From the UHGV virus genome UHGV-0391210: 38,844 bases of DNA; one strand, written 5' to 3'. Source of the DNA: a virus. Each line of letters begins with the position of its first letter. Position 1 is the stretch's first letter. A program made the position numbers and the translations under genes. Under the pieces are notes generated by a model. That model saw only the letters and a program-made list of their open reading frames with translations, made no database searches and was not told the origin of the DNA. Of this stretch, positions 36,145 through 38,844 are shown in pieces.

Positions 36145-36692
36145 AGTTCAATCCCCCATTTTTGTCTAAGCTCTTCTTTTTCATCTGGGGTCAAAAGGTC
36201 TGCATCCGGTATTCCAACCTCTCTGCAATCTTCCAACACGCCTTTGATGAGTCTGCTCATTTCCTTGGTGTTATACTTGCTTGACCCTTTGTAGCATTGC
36301 AGAGTGTGTAATGTTTCAGTTCTCCCTTTTAGGTCTTTTACTTCCTGTGCTCCACGATCTATCACAATCCGGAACACTGACTGTGCCAGATAGATGTCTT
36401 TTTCTCGGAGTGGTATGTACTCAAAAGCACCGTGGGATTTTAATTCATTTAGGTACGCTTGCCACCTGGTTATGTCCAACTTTTCCGCTAATTTATCGAG
36501 TAACACCCACAAATAAGAGTTCGCGTCAAGGCTTCTCTTCGCTCTGTACGGCTTTATTTCAAGCGTTAATTTCTCATAATCTTTCAGTTCATCGTAGGCT
36601 TGTCGGAAGTCCTCTATAGGCTCGAATAGAATGGTCAGCTTTCCACTGTGATAATCTGCGACAGGTTCTTTCAATCTTCCTGTAAACCTCAT
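36141..36692 (-). CDS. ninB: NinB/Orf-family recombination mediator
   Basis: 183 aa. 'KRSLDANSYLWVLLDKLAEKL' parallels the lambda NinB 'RSLDQNRKLWACLGDVSRQV' motif. Confidence 0.6.
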   Translation of the reverse strand: MRFTGRLKEPVADYHSGKLTILFEPIEDFRQAYDELKDYEKLTLEIKPYRAKRSLDANSYLWVLLDKLAEKLDITRWQAYLNELKSHGAFEYIPLREKDIYLAQSVFRIVIDRGAQEVKDLKGRTETLHTLQCYKGSSKYNTKEMSRLIKGVLEDCREVGIPDADLLTPDEKEELRQKWGIEL

Positions 36693-37408
36693 TATTCTTC
36701 TCCCATATTTCTCATAAGCTTTTTAAATTGCTCCACTGTCAGTTCTCGCAAACCAGACACCTTATAAGCCCGACACACATTCGCTATTGTCTGCTTATGC
36801 TTAGGAATGCAAATTTCCAGTGTTTTTACCTGTGATTCGGTCACATAGTTTTTGGGAGGTTCTTCTTGATTAGCAGGATTATAATTTCCGGCATTTCTAC
36901 CAAGCGAAAATACTACTTTTCCGGTTTTCTCATTTTCGATTTTCAGTGCATCTATGTTTCTTTCTTTGTCATAACCAACATAACTTACTCGGAAACGATC
37001 ATAACAAGCGCTTCCATTACCATTCTGTTTCGCGGAAATTTCGCATTTATCGGATGGGATCCAAATAAACGGAGCGGTATATAACTCTCTTCCGATTCCC
37101 CAGTTAAAGCAAGCTCTCTTAAAGCTGTCGGATGCAAGACCTTTCTGTTTTTCAGTAAAGCTTTCCGTTCCTGTATCTTCTTTGGAAACCCAGATACCTT
37201 TATCATCATCCCATATACTCACGGTGCAGTTTGCGTTGTCTCTGCTATGTTCTCTTTTCCAATTTAACTTTCCAACAGTTTCATCCAAGATATTCATATC
37301 GCACCTTGCATCTTTGTATAGTAATAGTGATATCCCATTACTCTTCACCGTTGCGATCCGACATTCAATCTCGTTTGCCTTTAATGTCCTAAATTCCATA
37401 TTTCTCAC
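36692..37408 (-). CDS. sak: Sak/Rad52-family single-strand annealing protein
   Basis: 238 aa. 'KQKGLASDSFKRACFNWGIGRELY' matches the Rad52/Sak conserved C-terminal core. It sits downstream of a Gp157-family gene. Confidence 0.7.
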   Translation of the reverse strand: MRNMEFRTLKANEIECRIATVKSNGISLLLYKDARCDMNILDETVGKLNWKREHSRDNANCTVSIWDDDKGIWVSKEDTGTESFTEKQKGLASDSFKRACFNWGIGRELYTAPFIWIPSDKCEISAKQNGNGSACYDRFRVSYVGYDKERNIDALKIENEKTGKVVFSLGRNAGNYNPANQEEPPKNYVTESQVKTLEICIPKHKQTIANVCRAYKVSGLRELTVEQFKKLMRNMGEE

Positions 37409-37873
37409 CTACCGAATCTGAATATTATTATTCTGCACCAATACAACGCCAGAGAGTTCGATTCCATCTTTCAGTGCCTTTTTCACTTTGGTCTTGTCCA
37501 CCTCGGGATCAACGAATTTCAAATATTCTTCATCCAGCTTTGAAATATCCTGTACCTCTACACTCTCTGATTTTCGATAAGAAATGCTGACTCTTGGTGT
37601 CTTAAATTTTTCACCACATAAATAACCAGACAGGTATTCTTTTAGATTTCTTGCCTTGTTCTCACATGACCGCTGGCGGTCAGCCAGTTTATTTTTCTCT
37701 GCCTTGATTGCTTCTGCATCAGATAAGAGGTTTTTGATCCAGAGAGCAATTCCCTCTACCTTTTTGTCAAAATCCATCTGTAGCTGTGCCAGCTTTTCCG
37801 GGTCGATAATCTCGCCTGTTTCCTGATCTACACAATCTAAAATCTCTTCGTCAATCTCGTATAATGTTGCCAT
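37409..37873 (-). CDS. Siphovirus Gp157-family protein
   Basis: 154-aa acidic protein immediately upstream of sak, the conserved arrangement in streptococcal and lactococcal phages. Confidence 0.6.
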   Translation of the reverse strand: MATLYEIDEEILDCVDQETGEIIDPEKLAQLQMDFDKKVEGIALWIKNLLSDAEAIKAEKNKLADRQRSCENKARNLKEYLSGYLCGEKFKTPRVSISYRKSESVEVQDISKLDEEYLKFVDPEVDKTKVKKALKDGIELSGVVLVQNNNIQIR

Positions 37874-37998
37874 TTGTTATTTCCTCCATAAAATTGCAAT
37901 AATTCTGATAGTGCCTTTTACGCACTCTAAAATATCTCTGTTTTTCAATTACTTCTTGGTCTGATGTTTCCTCTGTTTCTTCCGTGCATCCGTACATA

Positions 37999-38262
37999 TT
38001 ATTCGCCTACCTTGTCTACTGCTTTTTCCAGCAATACTTTTACCAAAACAATTGCATCATCTAGTTGCTTATCTGTCGCAATCCCGTCAAACAAATCGTA
38101 ATCCCCATTCGCGGTAAATCCGTTTTCTTGTGCGATTAAAAGTATTCTGCTACCGTAGTTCGAAAATTCAATGTTTACATAAGGGTACCCATCCTTACCT
38201 TCTCCGCGTTCCTGGATCTCGAGAATTAAGTCTAAAAGTTCATGTATTTTCTTTCTATCCAT
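37999..38262 (-). CDS. Hypothetical protein
   Basis: 87-aa ORF. Confidence 0.45.
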   Translation of the reverse strand: MDRKKIHELLDLILEIQERGEGKDGYPYVNIEFSNYGSRILLIAQENGFTANGDYDLFDGIATDKQLDDAIVLVKVLLEKAVDKVGE

Positions 38263-38349
38263 TGCTTATCCTCCTAAAATCTGTTACTATATTCTTGATT
38301 TTTTGTCAGAGTACCTACGGCTCCCCAGCCTTTTTGTAGGTGCTCATTT

Positions 38350-38535
38350 TTAATACCCAAACACCAGATACCACGCCAGTAGCACCAAGATAAACCCGAT
38401 CACTGCCACTCCAGCTCTGATCCAGTAAGGCTTGTCCTGCTCCGGCAGATCTACCGATACAGACCGGATGTCCCAGCTATTTAAGGTGTTTGGATGCTGG
38501 GTGGTATCGCAACGGTATGTTCCTTTAATCTCCAT
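38350..38535 (-). CDS. Small membrane protein
   Basis: 61 aa. RBS AAAGGAGGA. A C-terminal TM segment 'AGVAVIGFILVLLAWYLVF'. Confidence 0.5.
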   Translation of the reverse strand: MEIKGTYRCDTTQHPNTLNSWDIRSVSVDLPEQDKPYWIRAGVAVIGFILVLLAWYLVFGY

Positions 38536-38556
38536 GCTTGTCCTCCTTTCTACCGC

Positions 38557-38670
38557 CTAAGCGGTTTTCTCTTCTGTCCTCTTTTCGAGTGTGTAATCAA
38601 TTTTCACATGTTCTTGTTCTTCGATAAGAGATATCAACACTTGTATGATTTTTTCCATATCTGGCTTCAT
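38557..38670 (-). CDS. Small hypothetical protein (37 aa, MKPDMEKIIQVL...)
   Basis: RBS GAGAGGTGA precedes the ATG at 38670. Not in the ORF track. Confidence 0.35.
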   Translation of the reverse strand: MKPDMEKIIQVLISLIEEQEHVKIDYTLEKRTEEKTA

Positions 38671-38723
38671 AAAATCACCTCTCTAATATGTATGATGGTT
38701 AGATTGTCCATGATATGTTGTCC

Positions 38724-38844
38724 TAGTCATCTTCTTTTTCTTTATTTTCTTCGTTCTTCTGGCTCTTCTGAGATGCCATAGCTTCTGCAAAGCCGAGAAA
38801 ATACCCTTTATTCATGTCCGACATATCCGGCAGTGCTTGCGCCA
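38724..38844 (-). CDS. Partial CDS (C-terminus ...MNKGYFLGFAEAMASQKSQKNEENKEKEDD), runs off the right edge
   Basis: Open frame from the window edge to a TAG at 38724-38726. Confidence 0.4.

Noticed and set aside
38275-38330. Hairpin GGCT-CCCC-AGCC plus T5 resembling a plus-strand terminator
   Set aside because: There is no plus-strand gene upstream. On the minus (coding) strand the T-run is on the wrong side, so it is more likely part of the intergenic promoter region for the 37999-38262 gene.

Overview
The window looks like most of a temperate siphovirus genome (prophage, or a circularly permuted phage contig) of a low-GC Firmicute, probably Clostridia or Lachnospiraceae. The evidence is codon usage, a ChW-repeat amidase endolysin, a large serine recombinase and a Cheo-type SOS box.

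Almost all phage genes run on the minus strand, read from high to low coordinates. The order is: an early recombination and replication module (Gp157, Sak/Rad52, NinB, HNH-like, RusA, replisome organiser); an accessory block (PAPS-reductase-like protein, zinc-finger proteins, a Lar-like protein, an orphan DNA methyltransferase); an IS630-family insertion sequence; an ArpU/sigma-region-4-like late regulator; a terminator, a degenerate tRNA-like element and tRNA-Asn; then the late operon (TerS, TerL, portal, Mu-F-like head protein, an unusual three-gene insertion, scaffold, major capsid, connectors, major tail, chaperones, tape measure, Dit, tail fibre, holin with a dual start, endolysin).

To the left, on the plus strand, sit a moron-like three-gene cassette (perfect sigma-70 promoter, terminator, two unknown proteins and a small HTH protein); a large serine recombinase whose stop is followed immediately by a 50-bp dyad-symmetric att-like site; a DUF4236 membrane protein; two small XRE regulators with palindromic operators and a Cheo (LexA) box; and an antirepressor.

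The best candidates for something undescribed are the promoter-to-terminator moron cassette at 5691-6794 and the three-gene insertion inside the head module at 19523-21598. Nothing here matches a canonical defence system (no RT, CRISPR, or large ATPase/nuclease pair). All functional calls rest on sequence motifs recognised by eye, not database searches.
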